Positions 14,831 through 26,588 of a DNA stretch of 64,000 nucleotides are shown piece after piece. A program made the position numbers and the translations under genes. The notes under the pieces are model-generated. The model searched no databases and was not told where the DNA came from. It worked only from the letters and a program-made list of their open reading frames with translations. Position 1 is the stretch's first letter; every line of letters begins with the position of its first letter. The DNA comes from Ancylonema sp. Lineage: Eukaryota. The stretch covers positions 1 through 64,000 of the forward strand of contig JBFLGF010000134.1 of the NCBI GenBank assembly GCA_050230475.1. The letters are read 5' to 3'.

Positions 14831-15220
14831 CGTTGGGCAAAAAAGTGGAGATCGTTAGTTTTTACTTTGTTTCTTTTTCGCACTCAACATAATGATGACC
14901 ATTACCATATATATTCATTAACGATAATGAACGAGACTGGACGCAACATGCTCACCTGATTCTCACCTAATTCTCACCTAATTCTCACCTAATTCTCCTC
15001 AATCTCTTGCATGCTTTGTCAACGACAAATTTGTCAATCTCTAAGGCAACCTTTTGGCTTGAAATTATCAAGCGAAAGCTAATATAAAAGCTCTCACTCT
15101 ACACACTGTATTGTTCCTGAAATTTGTGAATTTTGTTATCAGATTTTGGTGCCTTGAAGGAAGCATGCCTACATAGCCGACATTGCTTTTCATTAGTTTG
15201 TCTATCTACAAGTAGGGGCG

Positions 15221-15360
15221 GGTTATCAATAACATAGGGTTAATCAACAACATAGGGGCAATGAAAAACATAGGGGTTATCAACATCATAGGGGTTATCA
15301 ACAACATAGGGGTTATCAACAACATAGTGGTTATCAATAACATAGAGGCTATCAATCACA
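15221..15360. repeat. 18-bp minisatellite (TTATCAACAACATAGGGG), ~7-8 degenerate units
   Basis: Directly visible tandem units in the intron after exon 15677-15396 of gene B. Confidence 0.9.
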
Positions 15361-18300
15361 AAGGGGTATTTCCAACACTGAACATACCCACTCACTTTGC
15401 AATCGTCCAGGTAGAGCGTGTGAAGGGCGGGGAGAAGGATGGATGACACGTCAAGGAGGGGACAGCCGAAGACGGTGAGGTCGGATAAGAGAGGGCAGGT
15501 GAGGTGACACGTCTCCAATTTGGGCATGGCCTCGAGGACCAATTCACACAAGATCGGGCAGTTGAGAGTCAACTTGACGATCTCGTTGGCTCCGCTCCAC
15601 GTCAAGTTGTCGAGGGTCGGACAACTTCGAAACGCGAACGAAGATCCGTCATCGGCGAGCGTCAGTAATGGTGTTCCCTGTTTACGATAGATGCCCATTG
15701 GGAGGGGGGTTGGAATGAAGAACAACACTGGGACTCCGACTGGCGAGAGTGAATTGTTTTTTTATTGCGTTTTTGGGGGGGGGGGGTCGGGATTTTTTTG
15801 GTTTTTTTTCGTTCCTTCGGTTTTTTTTTTTTTTTGGTGCCATCTTTTTTTTTTTTTTTTGGGGTGAAATTATCATTGTTGGCCATCCGAACACAAACAA
15901 CACGTGCTATACTCGGAAACACGAGTATGGAATGCATAGCACAACGAAATGTGGACCACCATTACTCACGCAAGATTCGATTCTCTCCAATTGCGGCACC
16001 ACAGTGTCGGACAGAGTCAATTTTGGGCACTCCTCAAAATCGACAAATGTAAGTTTGGGGCATACGAGTTCGCATTTCTCAAGCGTGAGAGAGCGTAGCA
16101 GAGTGAGATACTTCAGGGAAGGTAGGTCGAGGGCGAGGGTGACGATGTTGACCACGGAGGATAGGAAGGAAAGCGTCAAAGTGACGAGTTTTGGGCAATC
16201 GTTGAAAACCAATTCCGTTCCACTACTGCCCAACAACACGTTCGGGACCTGGAGAGTAAAAAACGCAAAAAGTTTTTGTATTGAACAAAACTGTGACGAA
16301 ACGATGGTACGGCCTCATATGACCTTATTTGTTTACGAACCCAATGCACGAACTGCCTCCTTGTGATAAATCGCCGAGGATAATTTAGTCGTTGGATGGC
16401 ACATGAACTTCACAGCACATGGGAGGATATGAGATACGCAATCAAACAAGATCTCATCCACAGAAACGGCCGTAAGATACACACCACATAACATTTCCCG
16501 TCTCCATGACACTTACCCCCCCCATATGGAGAACCAGCTTCCGCAACTGCGCAAATGAAGAAGGCAGAACTGTCGGGTCTCTCAGGGTAGACATCTGGAG
16601 TTCCTCGAGCTTCGGGCACTCAATGTCTATCTCGCGGAGCTCAAACAAATGATCCCAATGAGGGAATTGCGGCCACACAAGAGTCTCTAGCGCCGCCAAG
16701 TGTAAAGAGAGAGAGGTCACCCAACGACTAAATTCTTCGCGAGGAGGAGGTCTCTCACCACACAACAATCGCAGGTAGGTCAGGTTTGGGAAACCGTCCA
16801 AATGGAACATCCGACAGCCCCCACTTCCTGCCCCTACACGGAGTGTGAGCCTTTGGACGTGCGACATGCAAGGAGCCATGTCGGCCCACCAAGCGAGGGT
16901 CTGGTATTTGCAAATGAGGTAGAACTGCAGAATGTGGCGGCGTTGAGTGAAAGTCTCTTTGAGAGTCGATACGGATGCCTCCCACTTTCCCGATTCATGC
17001 TTCTCCAAAAAGGCATCTTCTACCACCGACACCCTCAGGGAGGCTGTTCTCCAAGCGGGGAAAGTATTTGTCACCGCCTTCCACCCCCGGCACACGAGAC
17101 TCGCTCTTGGTCGGTCTACTTTGTCGATGAATTCGAAGATGTGGTGGAGCAAGTCGTCGTTCGCGAAGAAGGTGGCCATGGAGTCGGTGATGGGGGCAGC
17201 GCGATGATCGACTTCCACCTCCGTTCCGCGAAGAGCCTTGAAAGAGGCAACAATGATAAGGTCTCTATATAAGCACACATCATTCGTACTTCAGCACATA
17301 TGTAAACATATGACTTGGGAAAGTAGGGTGCTTAAATGTAGCACTTCCAACCGCTTATGATTTTTCCTGTGCCCACCTGAGCTTGCGACGAAGCTTCATG
17401 AATTATCAATCAATGTAATCTAGTGTTGTAGTCTTTGTATGCCCATAAAGATTCTGCATGTCAACGTCCCACCTTATACCTTGAGCTCTCATCGCGCATC
17501 TCTGCAGTTCACTCCTACACCCCTGGTGTTCATCCCCATAGACAAATCATAACATGCAGCACACAAGTGGACTCACATAAGTCGTCCAGATCTTCACCTT
17601 GCCAGACCTGGCGCCATTGATTACCCTCACGCGAGAAAATAAACGAAAGCGCTCGACGACTTTCCTACTACAGTAAAATACCACACCACAGATAAATCCC
17701 AGAATGCAGATACAGACATCACATTGAATGACCGACCAGGTCATGCAATGCAGCCTTTGAGGGCATCTCATTTCTGAATTTGCACCTAAGCTGATACTAC
17801 TCGTTCAAACAGAACGTACGTCTGTTCACCGAAACCAAACCTGGTTCGCGAAGGACTCACTAAAAGATTTGAAGGGCAGTCACTGGCGTCCCTAATTGCC
17901 AGGTTCCGGATCATGCATTCAGATATTACGAGAAACACAAGCCGACTTTATCACCAGGGCCGGGTACCGTACACGACGTTTTCTTTCCGGGCGCATGAGG
18001 TGCTAGGCATACTAACCAGAAGTTCAGCGAGTGAAGAACACAAGAATACCTCGCCCTGATATCAGACCTGTAGGCTACGACGGTATAATGAGGGGCTACG
18101 AAGATATAACGACAAGCACCTTTGTTAACGACAAAAACGTTGCAGGTTCTTCGATATTACCGGTATAACGCGAAACTAGGTTCGCGAAGACCAAGGATCC
18201 GTTTTATGGGCATCCGCATCTAATGGGATGGTATAGTGGGCTCCGCCCCGGGCGAGAAAAAAAGTGCCCGAGGCACCGCGCGGGACGACTGTGTCAAAGG

Positions 18301-20095
18301 CGCAATGCGAGGGCGACAATTTCGGGGCGGAGCCAACTACGGTGGGTAACCTCAGGTTACCCACCGACAGGACAGGTTACTAACCTGTCCCATGTCCTTC
18401 CAAAACATCCTCCAAAGGACATCTCCAGGTGCGCTGGCCTTCTCCAACCCTAAACATTGATGCTGGAACTGTGATAAGCCTATACTTTCCCAGCCCCCCC
18501 TGCCCCCGTGCTCTATCCAAGCGTGCACCAGGGATCACACCTTTTCCTTACAGACCCGGGTACGTGAGGCACGTAATGTCTTGAGGCACATGGTAAAGTG
18601 GAATTCATGTGTCTCGATCTTTGACCAATCGCTTTTTGGCACCAAATAACCGCACAGAATAGACACCTTACACACGGCACTGAATCTATAGGGTGGCGTC
18701 CTGCTTGTCTGTGAATGCCGCGAACCTGGTAGTCGCGGACGCTAAGTCCGAAAAGTGCCCGTGTTTTTTATCAGCAGACTGACATCGTGATTACATGGAG
18801 AGTATTAAGAGAGTATTGAGAGAGTTTTGAGATTTTACTCTGGTGTGGTTTCCTATAGTGGTACCAAATTTTCGGAGCTTTCGGGATAAAGACTGGTAGC
18901 TCAACTTTTTATCCAGTCACGAAAACAAACATGGTGCACTCCGACGATACGTATTCTGTCAGCTGCAATCCACATCGCCTGATGCACGCGGATGATGGTC
19001 CGAATCCCGTAGGGGTTACGTTTATGACATACGGTCGTCATAACATTCGCGTCCCTATATCATGTAGAGTCTAGAAAATAATCCTACAGGCATTTGTGGA
19101 ATGGTATGGTTCAAATATTGTTTGTATAAATGGTAAAGGTAGGATCGCTTTTTGAAGCTCATGTCTCTCTGCACCTTCTGGTTATTCTTTTAGTTGTAGA
19201 TAATGCTAATGGTCTGCTGTCTCGTTAAACTTGCCAATTTGTCAATTTTGTGTTTTCTACATTCCCAAAATTCAAACTCGCTAATTCAAAATAGGCTTAA
19301 GCTTACGTTTGAGAGCAAATCAAACCGTATGCCTTTGGCATTACTTAAAGTGCGTCACTCATATGGAGACGCTTAATTGATGTTCTCGAGACTTCTACAA
19401 TTCCAAAAGCTATGACCATGTATTTGAATCATGGATTTTGAATTCTGACAATATTGCAATCCACATTACCAAAAAAAAAAACCCAAAAAAAAAAAACTAG
19501 ATATTCGTGAGATTTATTTGATGAGGTAGAAAAAGGACTTCTCTGATTTCGTGGCTTTGACATTTGTCCACGAGTTATCACTTTATCATATATTTAAGGG
19601 AGGACGTTTCAAACTCTGTACATATCTTCCAAATCTTGTAAATGGTTGAATAAACCTCATTTGTGTATAGGGTCTCGTTTGTGTATAACAAATCGGTATA
19701 TGTGAAATGAAAGTCGATGGTCTTAGACTCGTTTGAGATCAACCCTAACGGCACCAAGGGTGACAAGGGAGGAGAATGGCTCATTGTGTATGACCAAAAA
19801 AGGTGGTAAATTTCCAAATATTTGAATGTCATTTCTATCATGTTCATGGGGATGTCTTAGAGGGGGTGAGTGCGAGGAGAGCAGAGATGGCGGATGCGAG
19901 CTCAATGTGCAAGGTGAGGTAGTAAACTACAAGGCATGCAACAATTTCATGTGCATACAAGGGTCTAGTGGGGGGACGAAAAAACTAAAAAAAAACTCAA
20001 AAAGACAAGTCATGAAGTCATGAGTGGAGGGAGGAACAACCCTGTCAACCGTTCTTTTCGCCATTTCTACCCACATTCTACAAGCACGCTACCCT

Positions 20096-20688
20096 CCCCA
20101 CATAGGGGTTGTCCTACATATGGGTTATCCCACATAGGGGTTATCCCACATAGGGTTTATCCTACATAGAGTTTATCCCACATAGGGGTTATGTCACATA
20201 GGGGTTATCCCACATAGGGGTTATCCCACATAGGGGTTATCCCACTTAGGGGTTATCCCACATAAGGGTTATCCCACATAGGGGTTATGCCACATAGGGA
20301 TTATCCCACATAGGGGTTATCCCACATAGGGTTTATCCTACATAGAGTTTATCCCACATAGGGGTTATCCCACATAAGGGTTATCCCACATAGGGGTTAT
20401 GCCACATAGGGGTTTGTCCCACATAGGGGTAATCCCACCTAGGGGTTATCCCACATAGGGGTTATCCCACTTAGGGGTTATCCCACATAAGGGTTATCCC
20501 ACATAAGGGTTATGCCACATAGGGGTTATCCCACATAGGGATTATCCCACATAGGGGTTATGCCACATAAGGGTAATCCCACATAAAGGTTATCCCACAT
20601 AGGGATTATCCCACATAGGGGTTATGCCACATAGGGGTAATCCCACATAGGGGTTATGCCACATAGGGGTTATCCCACATAGGGGTTC
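20096..20688. repeat. 16-bp minisatellite (CCCACATAGGGGTTAT), ~37 units
   Basis: Contiguous tandem units with point variants and no spacers; ends ~85 bp before the F-box exon acceptor of gene C. Confidence 0.95.
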
Positions 20689-20774
20689 TCCTGCATATAT
20701 TGTTGCACGCATACTTCAGTCCTACAATAGGACTCTTACTGGTTGCCGTCATGGCCACTATTTCCTCTTCCTAG

Positions 20775-23700
20775 GCTCCTCGAGGGTCGAAAGACGAAGT
20801 TACAAGCAGTCGTGCTCCCATCACCGCCTCTACGGCCTCTATTTTCGATAACGACGACTTGTTGCGCCACGTGTTCGACTTCATCGACGAATCCGACTGC
20901 CCGATCGCGACTCTGGTGTGCAAGGGGTGGAAGGGGGTGTCGGATACGTTCCCCGATTGGAGGAAAGCTTCCTTTAGGGTGTCGTCAAAAGAAGGGGCAT
21001 CCTTGGAGGAAGACGAGGAAGGGAAGTGGGAGGTATCCGTTTCGACTCTCAAGGAAATTTTCGGTGAACGCACCCACATTGTGCACGTCCATCTATCCTG
21101 CGACTACCAGGCCCCGGCTTGGTGGGCCGACATGTGTGTCTCCATGTCGCACCTCCGAAGACTCACCCCCTATGTGGAGGTAACATCCAAATGGGATGAG
21201 AGCAAGTCGTTCCTTTTGGACGGGCTCCCGAACCTCACATTTCTGCGTATGCTCACAAGCGAGAGCCCCCCGCCCGCTCGGTACGACTACGATTACTGGT
21301 TGGGCTATATTGTACTTCATCTCCCGGCTCTAAAGACTCTCGAGTTGCCGCAATTCAATGACGTGGGGCACATTTTTTAGGTCCGGGAGATCGAGATTGA
21401 CTGTCCAAAGGTGGAGGAACTTCAAATGTCTACCTTGGATCACCCCACGTTGCCCTTACATCTATTTGCGCAGTTGAGGAAGCTGGATCTTAACATAGGA
21501 TGGGTGAGTAGCATGGATGGATGGTTTTTTTACAGTTGTCTTGTTCCTTTTTAGGAGCGTCTTACATGCTCACATTTCGTATGATGTCTTATTGTATCAA
21601 TAGTGTATCACTTTTATATCACTTGTGACTCGAAGCTTCGAGTCGTATCTACTCCTTTTATGATTCACTTGAGAAATTGCGGCGTTTTTGCAACATATCC
21701 ATTCATTCTTGTGTACAAGAGATATTGGATCCGTGACCAAGCGAGTTCACATGTTCGCCTTACCATCACTCTTTATCGACGTTGTTTTCATCCCAAATAC
21801 TTCCGTCCTTTTTTTGTTTCTAGGTCCCCGATCCACTCTCGGCCAACAGTGGGACGGAATTTTTTTTCAACGCGTGCCCAAAACTCGTCACCTTGACGCT
21901 CTCCTTCCCCACCTCAGTGGAAAAAGTGGTCACCCTCGCCCTAGACCTCCCCAGCCCTAACCTCCCTCACTCTACACCGCTCGCTCACGCTCGAGAAAAG
22001 CAGACTCGTGTGTCCAAAACTCGTATCCGTCGACCTCGATGACTGCCCGAAGTTCACGTTGCCCGAATCCTTGGTGCCGAAACTAAGGAGAATCATATCC
22101 CGTGTGAGTAACGGTCTTGGTCGCTCACATGTCCTTCATTGTGTTTTGAGATCTTGCATTGCGAAAATTGTGTCAATGGTATGCATTTCATACTCGTGTT
22201 TCAGGTAATTGGAAAGCAAAGTTCGTGCTTAAACGGCTTGTTCTCGAAAAAAATAACCATGAAACGCGTGTAGCATAAGATAAATATCAAGATAAAGATA
22301 AACAGAAACATAAAGATAAAGATGGTCGCTCTTCTCACAATCCCCATGCTAGCAGTCAAATTTTCCCCCTTCTAAATGGATACTTTTTCTCTCGAGGGAA
22401 CACCATTATTGACGCTTAACGAGGACGGATCCACATCCGCGTTCCGAAACTGTCCGACCCTCAACTACTTGTTGTGGAGCGGAGCAAACGAACTCGTTTC
22501 CCTCACTCTTAACTGCCCGATGCTGAGAGAATTGACCCTCGATGCCATGCCCAAGTTTGACACGTGTTGCCTCACCTGCCCCCTCTTATCCGGTCTCACC
22601 GTCATCGGCTGCCCCCTCCTTGACGTGTCGCCCATCCTTCTCCCCACCCTCCACACGCTTCACCTCAAAGAGTGCAAAGTGAGTTGAGTGGTTTGTTCAG
22701 TGGTGGGAGAACCTTGCTAATTATTCATGCTTCAATGGACGATAGATTAGAGAGGGGGGGGGAATGAAGAGGTCTTTGGCTCTCTCTCATTTGGCATCCT
22801 TGGGTATAGGCACACCCTCCATGGACACGGTTTAAGTTTATGACATTTGTAATATATAATTGGTCTATTTTTCGCGAATGCACACCCTTCAAATATAATA
22901 GGCACTTAATATCCCCAACCACAAATCGCATGTATGTTGCAAACTACAAACGCATGATTATGGTTATAGTTGAATATGTGACACAGAAAGCGTTTACTTT
23001 TTTCCCGCTCGTCGTAGTTTGGAGACGATGGATGGTAGTTGAGTATCTAATACAGGAACCGTTGACTTTTTTTTCTTCTGTTGACTATAGTACCGATTGG
23101 AGACGATGGATAATAGCGTCGTTTTGAGACTCCCATCGCTGACTGGACTCCACATCCAAAACAGGGAGACAATACCAACCAACCTCCCAAGTGACCACTC
23201 GGGTGGGTCCCCCGTGGCTGCCTCAAATTACGAGAGGTTGGAGGGTTGGGTATCTCTCGACCTCGATTGTTTGGACCTCGAAAGTTTGGTTCTAGAGGAG
23301 GTTCCGAACTTGGGAAGTGGTCGACTCGATACCCGGACCTTGTCGTCACTGACTGTGACAAATTGCCCCCTCCTTGATTTCTCCTCGATGCTCCTCCCCA
23401 CACTTCGCACTCTCAAGTTGCACACGTGCATGGTACGCGTCATAGCTAAGATCTCTTGATATTATTACTTCTTAAACTAAGATCTCTTAAAATGTCACGT
23501 CAAAATACTAATATGTCTACGTTTCTCTTTTGACGTGACAATTTAGTTTGTTGCGCCCTTGTTTCTCGTTCCTTATGTGATTAGTTTCGGTCTTCCTAGC
23601 TATTTCCATCAAGCTACATGGTCCTCGCGACGAGGAAAGATGGTGGATGTCTAATCTCTCCTTGCACCTGCCAGCACTGGAGACATTGGAATTGCCGCAC

Positions 23701-26588
23701 TACGACCGGCTCAATGACATCATGCAGCTTCGCATGATAGACATCGAATGCCCAAAGCTTGCAGACGTTGAGATGTCAATTTGGAGGGCACTATCGCTAC
23801 CGCCATCTCTATCAGCGCAACTCGTCAAGCTCGATTTGAGAGTAGGCAGCGTGAGTGTAATGAAGAAGACACATCGTTTTTGATGTACATATCATCCCAT
23901 AGTATTTAATAGCCCATTGTGCACAAAATCGAATACGACATCCATTTTTTGAATAAAGTAATTCGTTAGACATGCTACTATGACACATTGGAAGTTCAAT
24001 CTCCATCACAACCACCTTCATTTTCTGAACAGTGCCAACATCGTATATTTTCGTGTCGATTTCTTTCCTGCAGGTCCCAGATTCAATGCTGGGCGACGGT
24101 GGGACAAAGCTAGTGTTCAACGCTTTTCCAAGCCTCATCAACCTGACACTCTCCTTTCTCACCGAAGTGGTCAACATCGTCACCCTCGCCCTTCACCTGC
24201 CTTCCCTAAAGTATCTTACTCTGCAACGATCCCTCACTCTCCAGCGATGCGCACTCGTGTGCCCAAAATTTATCGATGTGGATATCGAGGACTGCCCGAA
24301 ACTATTTTTTCCCGAGGCCTTGTTGCCCCAACTCGAGCACATCCATTTCTGTGTGAGTGACACGTGTCCACCCTAAAAAAGTGATGTTGTGAAGTATTGT
24401 GTTGTCATCTCTCGGTTTTGTTTGTTCTTCAACCAAAGAATCTCTAGTGGTTGCAAGAAAGCCTCTCACCTCGCAATCCACACATCCCTTTCTTACTTCC
24501 CTGATCGAGTGAACGTGTATCGGCCAATCAGGGAACGCGACTGATGTACCTACGCAACGAGGGCTCCTCCTTCGTCCTCCCCACCTCTCCCTCTCTCGAC
24601 TTCTTCACATGGAGTGGGGCCCCGGGTCTTGTGACATTGACGCTCGAATCCCCAATGCTGCGGAACCTGTTTCTGGAAGCCATGCCCAAATTGGAGACCT
24701 GTCACCTCACCTGCCCCCTCTTATCCGACCTCACCGTCACTGAGTGTCCCCTCCTTGACGTGTCGCCCATCCTTCTCCCCACCCTCCACACGCTTCACCT
24801 CAACGAGTGCAAAGTGAGTTTAACCTGCTTAGCTTCTTCACCAATAATAGTTTTGTCACCAATAATCCTAACTCGTGGGTGAATATGTAAGAGCATACCG
24901 TACATAGAACCACAATAGGCCTTTTTGATAATTTTGTATCAACATCTTTGTGTTGTCATCTTGTACCGAATATTTGTTCTCTAAATTTATAGCATCCTCT
25001 AGTGCAGAGTGGGCCGTGTGTAATTAGGAAAATCTTTAGGTCACAAAAGTCGTAATTGAATATTCCAAATGAAAATCGATGACTTTTCTTTCTCCTTGTG
25101 GTCTTTTGGGAGATAGGTTGTGGAAGGCTTCGTGTGGAGACTGCCCCTCTGCACACGACTGCACGTCGAAAAAGTGGAGACGACGCCGTTGATCCACGAG
25201 AGCACAGAGCTAATGTATGTTGCTGACTTGACGGAGGCTGAGAGATCCGCACTAGAAGGGGAGAAGCCCTCAAGCGCTCCCCCCGACGATCCGTCTCTGG
25301 GGTGCTTGAAATTAGAGAGACCCAAAGGGTGGGTGTCTCTCCATCTCGAGTGTGTGAGTCTGAGGATGCTGCATCTCGCCAACATGGAGAATTTGGGGAG
25401 TTGTCGACTTGTGAACGGGGTCCTGATGACACTCACTGTGGAGAACTGCCCTCTCCTTGATGTGTCCTCGATGATGCACCCCACCCTCTACTCGCTCACT
25501 TTGCACAACTGCATGGTAAGTCGCGATGCTCGGCTTAAACCCTTTTTTTTCCTTCTTTGTTGGGTTAGTGTGTATGGTGGTTATTGTTTGTATGATGTGT
25601 TTGGAAGAAAGGATGACAATGTATGGATGATGTATCTCTTATAATGTACTTCGAGTTTATATAATAGGAAGGTTGTGACTTTGAATGGGATTGTGAGGGC
25701 AACAAGGGTTGGACGGCCCACCCTTTCTTTAGAAGCAACAGCATCTTTTGCCTTCATCCACGCATATGAAACAACCAGAAAGGAAGGGAGTGGGGAGTTG
25801 TGTATCGAGAGTGGAATCTCAACTTGTTCATTTACGTGAGTTGTTCGCGTCCAAAGTGTAACAAGTGTGCTTAGTGTGATTAGTATCTTTAGTGCAATTC
25901 GTGTCGTATGAGTCATTTATGTTCTTCCATTGATTTTAAACACTTTCTTTCCTTGGAGTTGAGTTGGAACAAATGTTGTCTTTTCTCACCTTTTTCGATT
26001 CTTCTTCGCATTTTTCTAAAACAGGTGGATAATCGCTCTGAATGGATACTTCCAGCTCTAACACGGCTTGCGGTGAGCGACGCGAAGAGAGCGCCATCGA
26101 TGCATGAAACCGAAAAAGTATCCACCGTTAAGAGCACGGATGAGCCCAAGTTCAAGGTGGTGAATGTTGTAAAGATCCATCAACTCTCCCTTGAGTGGGA
26201 AGAGAAGCCTGTGATCGATGGTGAGGACTTTGCACGCGGCTTTGACTTGTGCATCAACAAAGGAAACCCATTTATCCTGGATGGCTCGGATACCCTCACA
26301 CACCTCCGCATTATTGCATATTCTGCAATAAAATTTAAGGTGAAGAGGTTGGAGTTCGTAAGCGCGTCTAGTCTGAAAGAAAGTGTGGTGAGGGATTGGA
26401 GTACTCTCAAAAAACTTAGTATTGTGGCCCCTTTCGCAAAGCGAGTGACGTTGGAAGGATGGGAGTTCGTGAGGAACCTTGATCTCACTTGCCCGTCGGT
26501 GGAAAACTTGGTGATGAGAGATGGGTGCAAGCTGGAAGGAAACACAAAGAAGAGGGAAGATTGTGTTATGAGATTTCTTAAGAGATAG
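20775..26588 (+). pseudogene. F-box/LRR gene C with an internally duplicated 4-exon LRR block; nonsense and frameshift lesions
   Basis: Exons 20775-21503, 21824-22103, 22397-22678, 23091-23432, 23614-23850, 24074-24352, 24532-24813, 25117-25515, 26025-26588; all phase 0. TAG at 21378-21380 (E in gene B). Exon 21824-22103 is 280 nt vs 279 in homologues (+1 C near 21955). Confidence 0.8.

Larger units (their letters stand above)
11852..17236 (-). pseudogene. F-box/LRR gene B with TGA stop in the last exon and a TE-containing last intron
   Basis: Exons 17236-16517 (NDDLLHHIFEFIDKVDRPRASLVCRGWK F-box), 16248-15970, 15677-15396, 12472-11852; all phase 0. Last exon reads VDNKWE*RLP (TGA 12452-12454) where paralogues have W. 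Confidence 0.8.

Noticed and set aside
20096..20688. CRISPR array or telomeric repeat
   Set aside because: Units are contiguous with no unique spacers and no cas genes; the period is 16 bp, not a T(n)AGGG 6-8-mer.
8810..21380. Alternative nuclear code (TAA/TAG = Gln) explaining the in-frame stops
   Set aside because: UFD1 and SmB end in TAG and fibrillin in TAA at expected C-termini, the intact genes have no internal TAR, and one of the stops is TGA.
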